From Arenicella xantha (GTDB lineage: Bacteria > Pseudomonadota > Gammaproteobacteria > Arenicellales > Arenicellaceae): DNA of 64,000 bases. How positions within the stretch are numbered: the first letter of the stretch is position 1; each line of letters begins with the position of its first letter. This document shows, in pieces, positions 39,937 to 50,518 of this stretch. A model generated the notes under the pieces. The model was given only the letters and a program-made list of their open reading frames with translations. It was not told where the DNA came from and searched no databases. The DNA is taken from the NCBI RefSeq assembly GCF_003315245.1, contig NZ_QNRT01000002.1:478206-542205 (forward strand). Direction: 5' to 3'. The position numbers and the translations under genes are program-made.

Positions 39937-42213
39937 TTATTTTTCAATATTAAACCAACTGGGCGTATCAAATTGGGGCTTGGCATTGATGTTCATTTCT
40001 GAATATTCGCCTTTAAATACCACTTCTTTTTTATCCATTAAACGAAACTTATGCGGCCACTGAATGCCGTTTTCCAAAGGGCGGTAATCCGATTCAAGAA
40101 TATAACGCCCATCATCAAAAAGCACTTTGCGAATGTGACCAGTGTCGCGATCTAAACCAATTGCAGGCGATAACAGGTCACCTGTATTCATGATCCACCA
40201 GCTTTGATCTCCGTGTTCTGGTATATCCAATGGACCTAACAACCTGAGCTCATCACTGCGCAAAAAACTTAAGAAGTTTAAATCCATATTATTCAAAAGT
40301 TGGTTTTGCTTGTTCTTTTTTAATGCTGAAATCTCTCCCTTCTTATGTTGCTCTGAACGTTCAGGAGTTCTTAAATACAATTCTTCTAATTCTGGAAGAG
40401 ATTGGGCAACATGCTTCTTAGAAAAATCAAAATATGAGCGAGAAACTTTAACTTTCTGTTGGCTATTTATCGTGGTGAGTGTGGTTGAGAATCTATCGAT
40501 ACTGGTGAGTAGTTCTTTTCCACCAAAGGCATTTCTCAACATCTCAAGCATATGTTTTTCTGTCGGTTCTTGTTCTGCAAGATGTTGATGGCGAATAAGA
40601 GGTTTACCTGCAAGGATGGTTGTTGCTTTGCCTTTCTCTAAAGCTATTTGGCCGTTGATCAATACATACTCTAATCCCTCTGAATATTGCTGAGAGTTTT
40701 CATAAGTGGCTTTATCTTTGAGCTCCGCTAAGTTGAAAATATTAATATCTGCGTAGTGGCCGACAGTTAACCTGCCTCTATCGGCTATGCCGAGAAATTG
40801 TGACGGTAGCGATGTCATACCTCGTATTGCAAATGGCAGGCTTATTAATTTTTCATCGACCACAAATTTACGTATTTTTTTAGTAAAGGCCGCAAAATCG
40901 CGCGGATGTCCCTGTCTGTCCCCGGCTGGCTCAGAGCCGCCATCGGTACTTGTCATCATCCATTCTTGTGTTGCCAACAAACGAATATTGTTCATATCGT
41001 ATAGGCCAATGTTCATCACACTCGCATCGTTTTGGGCGCGTACAATTTTGATAACCGTCTCGAACACAGAAAGGTTGTAGATCTCTGCGACTTCTTTTAA
41101 AGTTTTGCCATTGAGTTCAGGGTTGGCGTCGGCAAACATTAGCTTTCCGGCGCCGCCTCTAATATTTAACATACGTTTGCTGTCTTCTCGTATGCGTGCG
41201 TTTGTTTTAGCCTCTGTTAGCCTGTTGAATAATTGTTCAATGCCACCGGCTAAGGCCCAGTCGGGAAGAGTGTAAGCAAGCAGCGAGCTTCGCGTGGCGA
41301 TATATGGGTGCTGAGCGGCGACAACGTCAACACCTCGAAGGCGCGCATTATTGATTAGTTTTACACCGATATCTGCGCGACCGTAGTTGTGCCTTCCCTG
41401 CGGAGTAAAATGGCTAAAGATAACTCTATTGCCACTTTTCTCTCCGATATCGATGGCCTCAGCAACGGATGCATCATAGCCAATGCCATCGAGAACAGAC
41501 CCCATATCTCTATCGTGTGTGTCGTAAACCCCATTGTATTTACGCGCAATAGACGCAACCGAGATAACCTCTTCGGTAGAGGCGTAGGTAGCGGGTCTAT
41601 AGAATAGACCTGATGATATTCCAAACGCACCTTCTTGCATCCCGCGTTCAATAAACTGTTGCATTGCTTTCAATTGCGCCGGCGTTGGGGCGTCAGCACT
41701 CATTCCCAATACTTTCTGGCGCGCTGCATTAAAACCCACGTAAGAGGCCACATTGGCGCCAATGCCGTGTGCTATGTACTCAGCATATTGTTGTGCAACG
41801 TCATTGTTACCTTGGCCATCAACACCCAAGACAACAGTTGTTACTCCCTGGTATAACTGCGGCAGCATTTTTCTCGCCTCAGGATGCCCTGGCTCAGCGT
41901 GACTGTGCATATCAATAAATCCCGGTGTCACATAAAGTCCGTTGGCTTTGATAACCCGCTTTGCTTTAACTTGGTGGCTATCCGCATCGCCAATAAAAGC
42001 AATTCTTTCACCGGAGATGCCAATGTCCTGATACGCCCATGGATTGCCACTGCCATCTAAAACTTTACCACCGACTATCAAGGTATCAACGGTTGTTAAC
42101 GGAGCAGCATTGGGCTTGGATGCTGAGATCTCATTAGTGTTAGCCGACAGAGTTTGGGGCACGATAAGACAGACTACCAATGACAACTGTAAAAACTTTA
42201 GCCATTTTTTCAT
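39937..42213 (-). CDS. Secreted N-acyl-D-amino-acid deacylase (D-aminoacylase) family amidohydrolase with a ~200-aa C-terminal extension
   Basis: Signal peptide MKKWLKFLQLSLVVCLIVPQTLSA (RBS aaggaaac). Metal-binding motif GFIDMHSHAEP and D-aminoacylase-family collinearity. The stop codon abuts repeat B. Confidence 0.7.
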   Translation of the reverse strand: MKKWLKFLQLSLVVCLIVPQTLSANTNEISASKPNAAPLTTVDTLIVGGKVLDGSGNPWAYQDIGISGERIAFIGDADSHQVKAKRVIKANGLYVTPGFIDMHSHAEPGHPEARKMLPQLYQGVTTVVLGVDGQGNNDVAQQYAEYIAHGIGANVASYVGFNAARQKVLGMSADAPTPAQLKAMQQFIERGMQEGAFGISSGLFYRPATYASTEEVISVASIARKYNGVYDTHDRDMGSVLDGIGYDASVAEAIDIGEKSGNRVIFSHFTPQGRHNYGRADIGVKLINNARLRGVDVVAAQHPYIATRSSLLAYTLPDWALAGGIEQLFNRLTEAKTNARIREDSKRMLNIRGGAGKLMFADANPELNGKTLKEVAEIYNLSVFETVIKIVRAQNDASVMNIGLYDMNNIRLLATQEWMMTSTDGGSEPAGDRQGHPRDFAAFTKKIRKFVVDEKLISLPFAIRGMTSLPSQFLGIADRGRLTVGHYADINIFNLAELKDKATYENSQQYSEGLEYVLINGQIALEKGKATTILAGKPLIRHQHLAEQEPTEKHMLEMLRNAFGGKELLTSIDRFSTTLTTINSQQKVKVSRSYFDFSKKHVAQSLPELEELYLRTPERSEQHKKGEISALKKNKQNQLLNNMDLNFLSFLRSDELRLLGPLDIPEHGDQSWWIMNTGDLLSPAIGLDRDTGHIRKVLFDDGRYILESDYRPLENGIQWPHKFRLMDKKEVVFKGEYSEMNINAKPQFDTPSWFNIEK

Positions 42214-42312
42214 TGTTGTTTCCTTGTTCTTCTTTGCATAAAAACGCATTTATCCAGGTAAATCGTTGGTAGTGTAGTACCCCAAATTATAAGCGAAGTT
42301 CTAAATAAAAAA

Positions 42313-42610
42313 GGGGCCGTTTTTTCGTTGGCCGCCCTCTCGGGCAATGCGCGCCCTCACGACCGAGCAGCTCAGCAACCTGCGCCCGAAACTCATCGGT
42401 TCCTAATATCAAACCTCTCTGAGTCGTCACACGGATATCGTTAAATACCGCTTCGTCCAACTTTCCAGAGAACAAATCGCGAAACTTCTGTAACCGTAAC
42501 GCCACCGGCGGCATATCGAGTTCCGTTTCGATTCAACCTAAATTGTCAGGGTAGCTTACTTTATCAGGCTGTCATTGTTAATTCGGCTCTGCCCCCTTTT
42601 CTTCTGGGTT
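42313..42610 (-). repeat. Copy C of the ~300-bp transposase-tail repeat
   Basis: The embedded ORF 42287..42514 (…LGTDEFRAQVAELLGREGAHCPRGRPTKKR) is in the same orientation as copies A and B. Confidence 0.75.
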
Positions 42611-42716
42611 TTTCTCAAGTTACGAGTGGGCGCACACTCTTCCACAGGTGTCCACATTCTCCTAAATAAATGCTATAGTGACGCGCAAAATTAAATTTTG
42701 AAGGACTAGACTAAGG

Positions 42717-44129
42717 ATGCATTTACGTCAATTCAGCATTGGACTTATATTCTTTTTTTGCGCAGCCAATACCGCCTATGGCGCAGCTTACCGTACGTCT
42801 GAACTAAGCAGTGAGTTTAAGCAAGCTCCTCCTGGTGATGGATCTATAGCTCAGCTTAATGAGCGTTCTATTGTCTACGTCACAAAAGAGAGCTACGGTT
42901 TGGCAATCAGGCTTTTTGATCTCGGCACGCAAACCTCTAAGCTGCTAACTAAAGTTGAAGAAACGTCAGTTTTAGCTGCATCTAGCATTACTGCTGGAGA
43001 AGGTTACGCACTGCTAGATATATTAGGTCGAGTCTATGTGACTGATGGCACCACCACAGGTACAAAATTCATTAAGGACTTTGGGTACGGTTTTGCAGGT
43101 AACGTGGGGTCGGAATTTTCAAATCTCATTGAATCCTATGTGTCGGGCAACGTATTTTATATGCTGGTAAGGAATGTTGACAACGACCAAAATTATGCCC
43201 CAGTCTTATGGCGCTTTGATGCAGGCAAATCACAACTTAATAAATTAAACACTGACGCTTTGGGTATTATAAACGGCGTTACACCCAACAAAGGTGGTAC
43301 TGCGGGATCAGTGACATTACTGACACACAACGTCGGCGGTGGTACCAACGTTTGGAGAAATGATAGCCGTGGCTTTGACAATTTCGAATTGCGTGATTCG
43401 AGCACGTTCGATCTAGGAGATTCACTGGCATTTCGTAACGCCACATCAAACTCTAAGGGCACCTTTTTCTGTGTCATCGGATACGATCAACAAGGAAGTT
43501 ATTCGGCAGATAATTCCGGTTTAATGCGGATATCTAACTCCGGCCAGTTAGATAAACTAACCACGGGTTGTTCAGATACTCCTGTCGTAGTGAATGACAA
43601 ACTCTATTTCCAGAGAATTTCTGGGCAGACGCGAGCAATTTGGGAAACAAATGGAAACGTCGGAGCGATGAATCGACTGCTAATTTTGAACTCTTCTTAC
43701 CCAGTCAATGGATATGAAGGCGTCCAGTCAATCTGCGCAGTTCAACAACATATCTACATTCAAGACTATTCTTACGATCAAGGCGACTCGGACAATGCTC
43801 CGAATCGTTTGTTTAAAATCGATTTACCATCTTCATCAACAGAACACGTTGTGCAACGTCCCCTAACAGGAAGCCTCTTAAGCTGCTCGAAAACAAAAGC
43901 GGCGATTTCAGCGAGTGACTTATTGAGTCGCAAGGCGTTTTTTCTTGATGGTGGCACTCAGAAAATGCGTGTGATTCTGCCTACTGACGCAGTACCAGAT
44001 ATCGAGTTATGGGAATACAATGAGCACTATTACAGCATAGTTCATCTAGATTCGTATCGGACGTCTTATTTCGTCAAGCTAAAACTCACCTACCCCGAAC
44101 TCTCAGCGCTTAATTTGATTTTAGATTGA
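42717..44129 (+). CDS. Secreted hypothetical protein (470 aa)
   Basis: Signal peptide MHLRQFSIGLIFFFCAANTAYGAA. Beta-rich with no family recognised. Confidence 0.5.
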   Translation: MHLRQFSIGLIFFFCAANTAYGAAYRTSELSSEFKQAPPGDGSIAQLNERSIVYVTKESYGLAIRLFDLGTQTSKLLTKVEETSVLAASSITAGEGYALLDILGRVYVTDGTTTGTKFIKDFGYGFAGNVGSEFSNLIESYVSGNVFYMLVRNVDNDQNYAPVLWRFDAGKSQLNKLNTDALGIINGVTPNKGGTAGSVTLLTHNVGGGTNVWRNDSRGFDNFELRDSSTFDLGDSLAFRNATSNSKGTFFCVIGYDQQGSYSADNSGLMRISNSGQLDKLTTGCSDTPVVVNDKLYFQRISGQTRAIWETNGNVGAMNRLLILNSSYPVNGYEGVQSICAVQQHIYIQDYSYDQGDSDNAPNRLFKIDLPSSSTEHVVQRPLTGSLLSCSKTKAAISASDLLSRKAFFLDGGTQKMRVILPTDAVPDIELWEYNEHYYSIVHLDSYRTSYFVKLKLTYPELSALNLILD

Positions 44130-45102
44130 GGCAAAATTGCAGGGAGAAGTAAGTCGTCTACTAGTAGTGGTTAGTGTTTGGGTGACACCGTTTTTGTACG
44201 AGTCCGTTGGACTGTTCGTTTATAAACAAACTAACGCTCACTTTCGATTGCTCGCATTAACTAGAACACAGAACTCATCGACACTGCATTGATCGCTGCT
44301 TAACTTATAAATGCTGCTAAAGGCTCCCATCTATATTCTGGTAAAGGATCGGGACAACCACTCTAACGAAGTGCCGCAAACAGCTGGCTCATCAGTTTTA
44401 CCAATCAATGGTTGGAAAATACGCTTATGACTAGATTAACTCGCCGGTTACGAGCCGCAACTACACACTCGTTCGGTTCCGGCTGGATGCAAAGCTCTCC
44501 AGACAAGCCGTCCCTTCGCTTAAATAAGTTGAATGAGAAAAGTTCACCTAGATAACTCGTTTTCTATAAAAGCGCTTGGCAACCGCGAATCGCGGGTAGC
44601 TTATATAGCTGCCTTCGCACACTCACATTACAATATGCTCTGAACCAACCCAAGACTGAAACCGACTTTCAAACTTGGCGGCGAGCACCGCCCACGACTC
44701 CGAATCAAGCCCGAGCAACCTGAGTAGCAGCATCGCGTTGTGTGTTCTAACCCCACGTCTACCCTCACGCATAATTTACCCAGTGCAATCCACAAGCTCT
44801 AAATGGTGCTTCAGACTAAACGGAATACCTTATATAGCATTTGATGCTTATTTTGCGCCGTTATGTGATGGCAAACGCAGTGAATTACGATTTTTCCAGT
44901 ATGTTTTCCACCGCCGCTGAAGTGAAATTTAGATCTACGTACGCCATGTAAGTTTAAGCAAAGCAATGATTAACGATATCCGTGTGACGTATAAAAGAGG
45001 TTTGATATGATGCACCCTGCTCACCAACCTTTATCTTGGTATTTTTGGTGGTAGTCACTCCACTGTGTTGAACTGAAACACCAAACTTAATAGAGTCATA
45101 TA

Positions 45103-46194
45103 ATGTATACGTTGTTAATCACATTTTTTGTTCTTGCGATCTTCTTTTCTTTCATGTGCTCGCTATGGGAGGCGGTGCTGCTTAGTATTACGCCAACCTA
45201 CGCCCGTATCCAACAACAAAAAGGCACAGCTACTGGCAACTACCTCAACGCATTTAAGCAAGACATTGATCGTCCGTTATCAGCAATTTTGACGCTGAAC
45301 ACCATTGCTCATACTGTCGGTGCGATTGGCGTGGGCGAGCAAGCCGCGGCCATATGGTCCGAAAGCAATCCACTTATTACTCGTTTAGTCGTGCCGGCCG
45401 CCATGACGCTGGCAGTTCTATTATTATCTGAGATTGTGCCCAAGACCATCGGCGCACTTTATTGGCGCAAACTAGCGGGCTTTACGGTTGCTTCGCTACG
45501 ATTTCTACTCGTTGTATTGGCGCCGCTTGTATGGATGAGTCAACTACTAACAAAATTACTCAAGACAGACGGCCACGGCGCAGTGCTGACGCGAAATGAT
45601 TTTCTAGCCATGACAGAAATGGGGGCTGAGGACGGCGTCTTAGAAGCAGTCGAATCGAAGATGTTGGGTAGCATGCTGCGGTTTCAGGGGATCACGGCGA
45701 GCGACGTAATGACTCCACGCACAGTGGTTTCAGCCACTCCCGAAGAACAAAGCATTGGCGACTACTACAACGCACGCAAAAGTACTCAGTTTTCGCGTAT
45801 TCCCACATTCACGCAAAACAATAAAGATCATATTTCTGGTTACATCCTGAAAATGGACGTGATGGAAGCAATGATCGACAATCGTGAAAATGATTCCGTG
45901 GCGAGCTTAAAACGCGACATCATTGCTATTGGTCAAAATTTTGCATTGACTGAGCTATTTACTACATTGATGCAACGCAAAGAACATATAGCCGTGGTAC
46001 TCGATGACTTCGGTGGCATGGCTGGCATCGTCACGATGGAAGACGTGATTGAGACGATGCTGGGTATGGAGATAATAGATGAGACCGATACCGCGACCGA
46101 CATGCGAGTGCTCGCGCAAGGCCTTAGGAAAAAACGAGCCAAATTATTGGGAGCTATCGACTCGGCAGTCACCGATGACAACGTGACCCCATAA
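45103..46194 (+). CDS. CNNM/CorC-family transporter (DUF21 TM domain plus CBS pair; no CorC_HlyC domain)
   Basis: Four TM helices, then CBS-pair features (…GITASDVMTPRTVV… / …HIAVVLDDFGGMAGIVTMEDVIETM). Confidence 0.8.
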   Translation: MYTLLITFFVLAIFFSFMCSLWEAVLLSITPTYARIQQQKGTATGNYLNAFKQDIDRPLSAILTLNTIAHTVGAIGVGEQAAAIWSESNPLITRLVVPAAMTLAVLLLSEIVPKTIGALYWRKLAGFTVASLRFLLVVLAPLVWMSQLLTKLLKTDGHGAVLTRNDFLAMTEMGAEDGVLEAVESKMLGSMLRFQGITASDVMTPRTVVSATPEEQSIGDYYNARKSTQFSRIPTFTQNNKDHISGYILKMDVMEAMIDNRENDSVASLKRDIIAIGQNFALTELFTTLMQRKEHIAVVLDDFGGMAGIVTMEDVIETMLGMEIIDETDTATDMRVLAQGLRKKRAKLLGAIDSAVTDDNVTP

Positions 46195-46452
46195 AGTAAA
46201 GCAGGTTAGAATCAATTTTATCTCACGAAAAAGCATTGACTTCAAACCACACAAACTTTGTAGGCCAGCTACTGCAACGTACATTTAGAACTAACGAAAA
46301 CCGACAATAACTATTACTCATTTAAAGGGCCCTGAATCAAGATAGTTTAGGAAAGCCCGCCTCGTCAAGGCCTGATCGATATCTGCCGGCTAAAGACCAC
46401 ATAGCGTTTTTGGTTACACTGTTCTGAAAACTCGGTAGAATGCATTGCTATT

Positions 46453-48417
46453 TTGGATTTAAAAATGGGGCTTAGCTTGAAAAAACAAATCATTATTTGC
46501 GCTTTATTATTAAGTATAGGGTGCTCGAATTATTCTTTTGCCAGCGTATTTGATGAGGCTGGGTCGAACCAAGAAAACATGGTGACTAGTGAGCCCACAG
46601 CAAATCACACTACAAACAAGCGCGCCAAGTTGAAGCCTTTCAACACGCTTAAGAAAAACAACGATGTTCAATTTAAGCCAAGCCTGCGCAAATTTGGAAA
46701 ATTTCTTGCCAAAAGCCTGTCTAATCAAGAAGAAACGAGTGCTAAAACTGATGGTGCAAACACACCGAATACGAGCGCCTTCGTACATCGCAATCAGCAC
46801 GACCAAATCCAAGTTTATATTGACTTCTTTAACCTCGACGAGGCCGTTGAGAAGGCTATCAGAAATGCCGGCCTCACTATTGAACTAGTTAGTTCTGATT
46901 TAAACCGAGTACAGGGCTGGGCCAATGAACAAACTCTTCTAGCGCTAGCTGAAGATAGCAATGTCTTGAGAATTTCAGCGCCCAATTATGCGTTTCCAAA
47001 ATCGGGTGCCGCAGTAACTCAAGGAGACCAAATCCTAGGTAGTGACCTCCTGCGACAAATTGGTCATACGGGAAAAGGAGTACGTGTCGGGATTCTTTCT
47101 GATGGGGCGAAGAACTGGACGCAAGCACGAGATTCTGGTGACCTACCTGCCAAGATTACGCTCTATGGAAATTGTGATTCAGGCAGTACGAGCGCTGATC
47201 TTTGTCGAGCCGGTGGAGGCACCTGCAATGAAGGAACAGCTATGGCCGAGATAGTACATGACATCGCGCCCGATGCTGACATAGCGGTAGCATCAGTACG
47301 CACATCGCTGGAATTCATAGATAAGATAAACACTCTAATTAACGACTTTGGTGCCGATATCATCGTGGATGATCTTGGCTTTTATGGAGAACCATCGTTT
47401 TATGACGGTGACATCGCAACCGCCGTGGCGAATGCATCAAAGCGAGTGCTGTTCGTGTCCGCAGCAGGAAACGACGGGTATGGCCACTATCTGGCTAGTT
47501 ACCGAGGCTCTCATGAACCAATTTGGCTTGATAATCCAAATTATAGTAACACTTCCGTTCACACGTTTGTTGATCCGTTGAGAGGTAACACTTACTACCC
47601 TGCTGAAGAGGATCATTATCACGGGTTTATCGTCACAGCCAATAGCGCGTCAACCGTCATCTTACAGTGGGATGGTCGACTTGGCGGATTTGGTAGCCGA
47701 AATGCTCTTCGACTCAGAATACATGATAGCCAAGGATATGTTGTTTACGCGAGTGACGGCACTCGAACAGCTTCCCCCGAGGATGCAATCGAGGGCGTCT
47801 GCATTCCAAATCCATCTAACGATGATAAAGTTTATTTTGTCACCGTCGAGCTAACTAACGGTCCAGTTTATCAATTTCATTTTAGACTCTTTTTTCTAGG
47901 TCAGGGCGCCATCGAGTACCCTATGGCCGAGTCAAGCATATTTGGTCACCCAAGTGTTGAGCGAGTCTTGGCTGTCGGAACCATAAATTCAAGTCAAGTC
48001 AACACTGGAGAGGTCGCGTTTTACTCCTCTCAAGGCCCGGCCCTTATACACACAACCTCCAGAAATTCAGTGACTGGAGGTGCCCAGTTTGAATCACAAC
48101 AGAAAAGAAGAAAACCGGACTTAGTTGCGCTAGATCAAGTTTCCGTATCGGGGGCCGGTGGGTTCCCGTCGCTATTTTATGGCACCTCTGCTGCTGCACC
48201 TCACGTTGCAGGAATTGCCGCACAGCTAATGAGTGTCACAAATCTCGTGAAAGCTGACGATGTCCGCAGAGCACTTATAAACGGTGCACAAGATATAGGT
48301 AAAAAAGGGTTTGATTTCACGTCTGGCTACGGATTAGTAGACGCTGAGCAGGCTCTCGACAAGCTGCAATATGGGAACCCACTCCCTGCAATATTTTTAC
48401 TTCTGGATAAGCGGTGA
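46453..48417 (+). CDS. Secreted subtilisin-like serine protease (peptidase S8), lipoprotein-like signal, ending in NPLPAIFLLLDKR
   Basis: Classical Ser motif YGTSAAAPHVAGIAAQLMS and Asp-region GKGVRVGILSDG. N-terminal signal with LLSIGCS. Confidence 0.8.
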   Translation: MDLKMGLSLKKQIIICALLLSIGCSNYSFASVFDEAGSNQENMVTSEPTANHTTNKRAKLKPFNTLKKNNDVQFKPSLRKFGKFLAKSLSNQEETSAKTDGANTPNTSAFVHRNQHDQIQVYIDFFNLDEAVEKAIRNAGLTIELVSSDLNRVQGWANEQTLLALAEDSNVLRISAPNYAFPKSGAAVTQGDQILGSDLLRQIGHTGKGVRVGILSDGAKNWTQARDSGDLPAKITLYGNCDSGSTSADLCRAGGGTCNEGTAMAEIVHDIAPDADIAVASVRTSLEFIDKINTLINDFGADIIVDDLGFYGEPSFYDGDIATAVANASKRVLFVSAAGNDGYGHYLASYRGSHEPIWLDNPNYSNTSVHTFVDPLRGNTYYPAEEDHYHGFIVTANSASTVILQWDGRLGGFGSRNALRLRIHDSQGYVVYASDGTRTASPEDAIEGVCIPNPSNDDKVYFVTVELTNGPVYQFHFRLFFLGQGAIEYPMAESSIFGHPSVERVLAVGTINSSQVNTGEVAFYSSQGPALIHTTSRNSVTGGAQFESQQKRRKPDLVALDQVSVSGAGGFPSLFYGTSAAAPHVAGIAAQLMSVTNLVKADDVRRALINGAQDIGKKGFDFTSGYGLVDAEQALDKLQYGNPLPAIFLLLDKR

Positions 48418-49055
48418 AAATGAGCAAAGTAGTAATACAAGAACGCCCCACTAGACACTCAAAAGCCGACGCGAAGCTGGAGACCCATCACTACGTCCCT
48501 AGTTTCTCCACTTCTCGTCATAGGTGTCCTGATAAGTTTTTATGGAGCGAACAATTTCGTGGGCATTGGTAACAACCTTGTCTTGCTCTCCACCCAGCAA
48601 AAGCTGCAACTGAGGGAGGTGACTCATTCGAGCCCAGTGGAACAACAACTGTGCGATTTATGATTGATTCAAACATTAGACGCTCCCTTAAAACGAAACT
48701 TTAGGAAGGTGTCAGATCTTGCAGTTTGCACGATCAACCCGAAAGGGGAATGGTTGGGGTCAAAGCCGAGTCGAACTAAGCCGCGATACAGTTCATGGCG
48801 GCAACTAGATTAAGCTGATGCCTACATAAAACAGGTTCAAATAGCCCTAAATCAATCGTGTCATGCACCGCCCAATAGTTCCCTGACTTCAACCCTAGCA
48901 GAGCTCCTTAACACGCTTAGTTTGTTACCTCTGCAGTGCAGCTGAAACAGCTTAGGAGGCCGCCTTTAGACCCGACTAATCGTACACAAGCAATAGTGGC
49001 AAAACACAAGGTAAAGCCACTATTCCTGCAATCAAAGTCACACTCTATAACATAA

Positions 49056-49592
49056 TCACTTAGCTGCCTTAGTTATGCAGCCATTACTATTATTGATCAA
49101 ACATGACTGCTTGCTAGCGCACGACGCATCACGTTGTACCGTGCCACCATATGCCGTGCAGTCACTTGTACTAATGGCCGCGGAGTTAACTCTTGTGGAG
49201 TTCTGCTGCGACGTTTGTCTATGATCACGTGGCTTTCGTGTGCTGCTCGATGCGGGGGCGACTCTTTGTGGGCCACCAGCCTGAGGCGTTTTGTCTGGGC
49301 GATCTGCGACTCGATCGCGTGTTAGGCAGTCCGAAGTCGAGCCGTAGGCATTTTTACACGTATTCACCTCGCTCGACTGGCACAAACTGGATGCAAGATC
49401 TGTGCCGTAAGTTGAGTCACAATCCTCATTAGCGCTGTCAACACAGCTGCGCAGTTTAGCGTCACACCACTCAGTTCGATCCTCCGAACCAGGCGCACCC
49501 TTGCGCGCTGCTTCGGCGTTGGTAGCGTATGCTGTGAGTATGATAATCGTTGCCGCAAGCGTGAGATACTTGCTCTGTAGAAAGTGGTTCAT
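49056..49592 (-). CDS. Small secreted Cys-rich hypothetical protein
   Basis: Signal peptide MNHFLQSKYLTLAATIIILTAYATNAEA. About 12 Cys in the mature part. Confidence 0.4.
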   Translation of the reverse strand: MNHFLQSKYLTLAATIIILTAYATNAEAARKGAPGSEDRTEWCDAKLRSCVDSANEDCDSTYGTDLASSLCQSSEVNTCKNAYGSTSDCLTRDRVADRPDKTPQAGGPQRVAPASSSTRKPRDHRQTSQQNSTRVNSAAISTSDCTAYGGTVQRDASCASKQSCLINNSNGCITKAAK

Positions 49593-49624
49593 TCGATTGT
49601 CTCCCTGATTGACTATGTAATTGA

Positions 49625-50518
49625 CTATTGATTTTTCAACATCATGGCAGCCCATACTTCGGGGCGTAAATTTTTCTTGCTGGTGTATTTTTCGCTGCGA
49701 GTACGTAAGGTGGTGGCAAGGTACTCGGTGCTATCAGGCCAACCTAAATGCCCCGCATTGTCCCGCGCGTAGTAGATCATTGGTTGCTTATGCTTCACGT
49801 TATAGAGGATTACCCAATCTTTACCTGCCCGTACTGTGGTACCAGGCTTGCCACCAAGCACGGCCCACTCATAGACAGGCTTTTTGTCCCAGTTCAGGTT
49901 AATGCCCTTCTTACGTTTGCTGTACTTAAGAAATCTCCAACTGTTGTTCGGTGTACTTGCACCCGGTGAGCGTGGCTTCGGTTGACGACCAAGCGCAATT
50001 AGCTCCCCGTACTTGATGGGTTGCGCGCGAAGTGCTTCACCGCGATCTTTAACGCCGACACGTCGAGATTGATCCTTAGGCACGAAGACCCAGTAAGAGC
50101 TATCAGCAGCCGTTTTGGCGCTGGCGTTATTAGTCCAACCCAAGTTAATGCCGCCGAAATAACCCTGACGTTCGTACTGCAGAAACTTCCTATTGTCGAG
50201 GCCTTTGAGGTTGTAGCGACTTCCGATAGGTGACGTAGGCTTGATCACCGCATCGACTACCCCAGACCCATTAGCGCCAATCATCCATGTCTTAAACACA
50301 GCAACTTCATTTGCAGCACTTTCAAAGTTGACTCGATGATCGACGCTTGCCCGCTCTCGTTCAGCAGCGTGACCGTTTATGACAAACAGCATTAGTAAAG
50401 CAGCACCTAGCTGCAGCGCGGTCCGAATTGTTGTGTGCCAGTCAAACAGCTGGATTAGATTAGATCGCTGATCAACAGCATTGCCGGTACACTTACTGGC
50501 GAGTTTTTTATAATTCAT
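49625..50518 (-). CDS. Hypothetical secreted/membrane-anchored protein
   Basis: Hydrophobic segment ALQLGAALLMLFVINGHAA. No family recognised. Confidence 0.45.
   Translation of the reverse strand: MNYKKLASKCTGNAVDQRSNLIQLFDWHTTIRTALQLGAALLMLFVINGHAAERERASVDHRVNFESAANEVAVFKTWMIGANGSGVVDAVIKPTSPIGSRYNLKGLDNRKFLQYERQGYFGGINLGWTNNASAKTAADSSYWVFVPKDQSRRVGVKDRGEALRAQPIKYGELIALGRQPKPRSPGASTPNNSWRFLKYSKRKKGINLNWDKKPVYEWAVLGGKPGTTVRAGKDWVILYNVKHKQPMIYYARDNAGHLGWPDSTEYLATTLRTRSEKYTSKKNLRPEVWAAMMLKNQ

Noticed and set aside
39639-42514. ORFs 39639..39842 and 42287..42514 as intact small genes
   Set aside because: They correspond only to the C-terminal tail of a much larger transposase-like family. The catalytic Y1 domain is missing and an in-frame stop lies a few codons upstream. 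They are treated as gene remnants inside the repeat unit.
37441-42610. Repeats A/B/C as CRISPR repeats or integron attC sites
   Set aside because: The units are ~220-300 bp, 80-90% identical and contain a recognisable protein-coding tail (COG1943/RAYT-like). CRISPR repeats are 25-50 bp, identical and regularly spaced. attC sites are 57-141-bp imperfect palindromes. No cas or intI gene is present.
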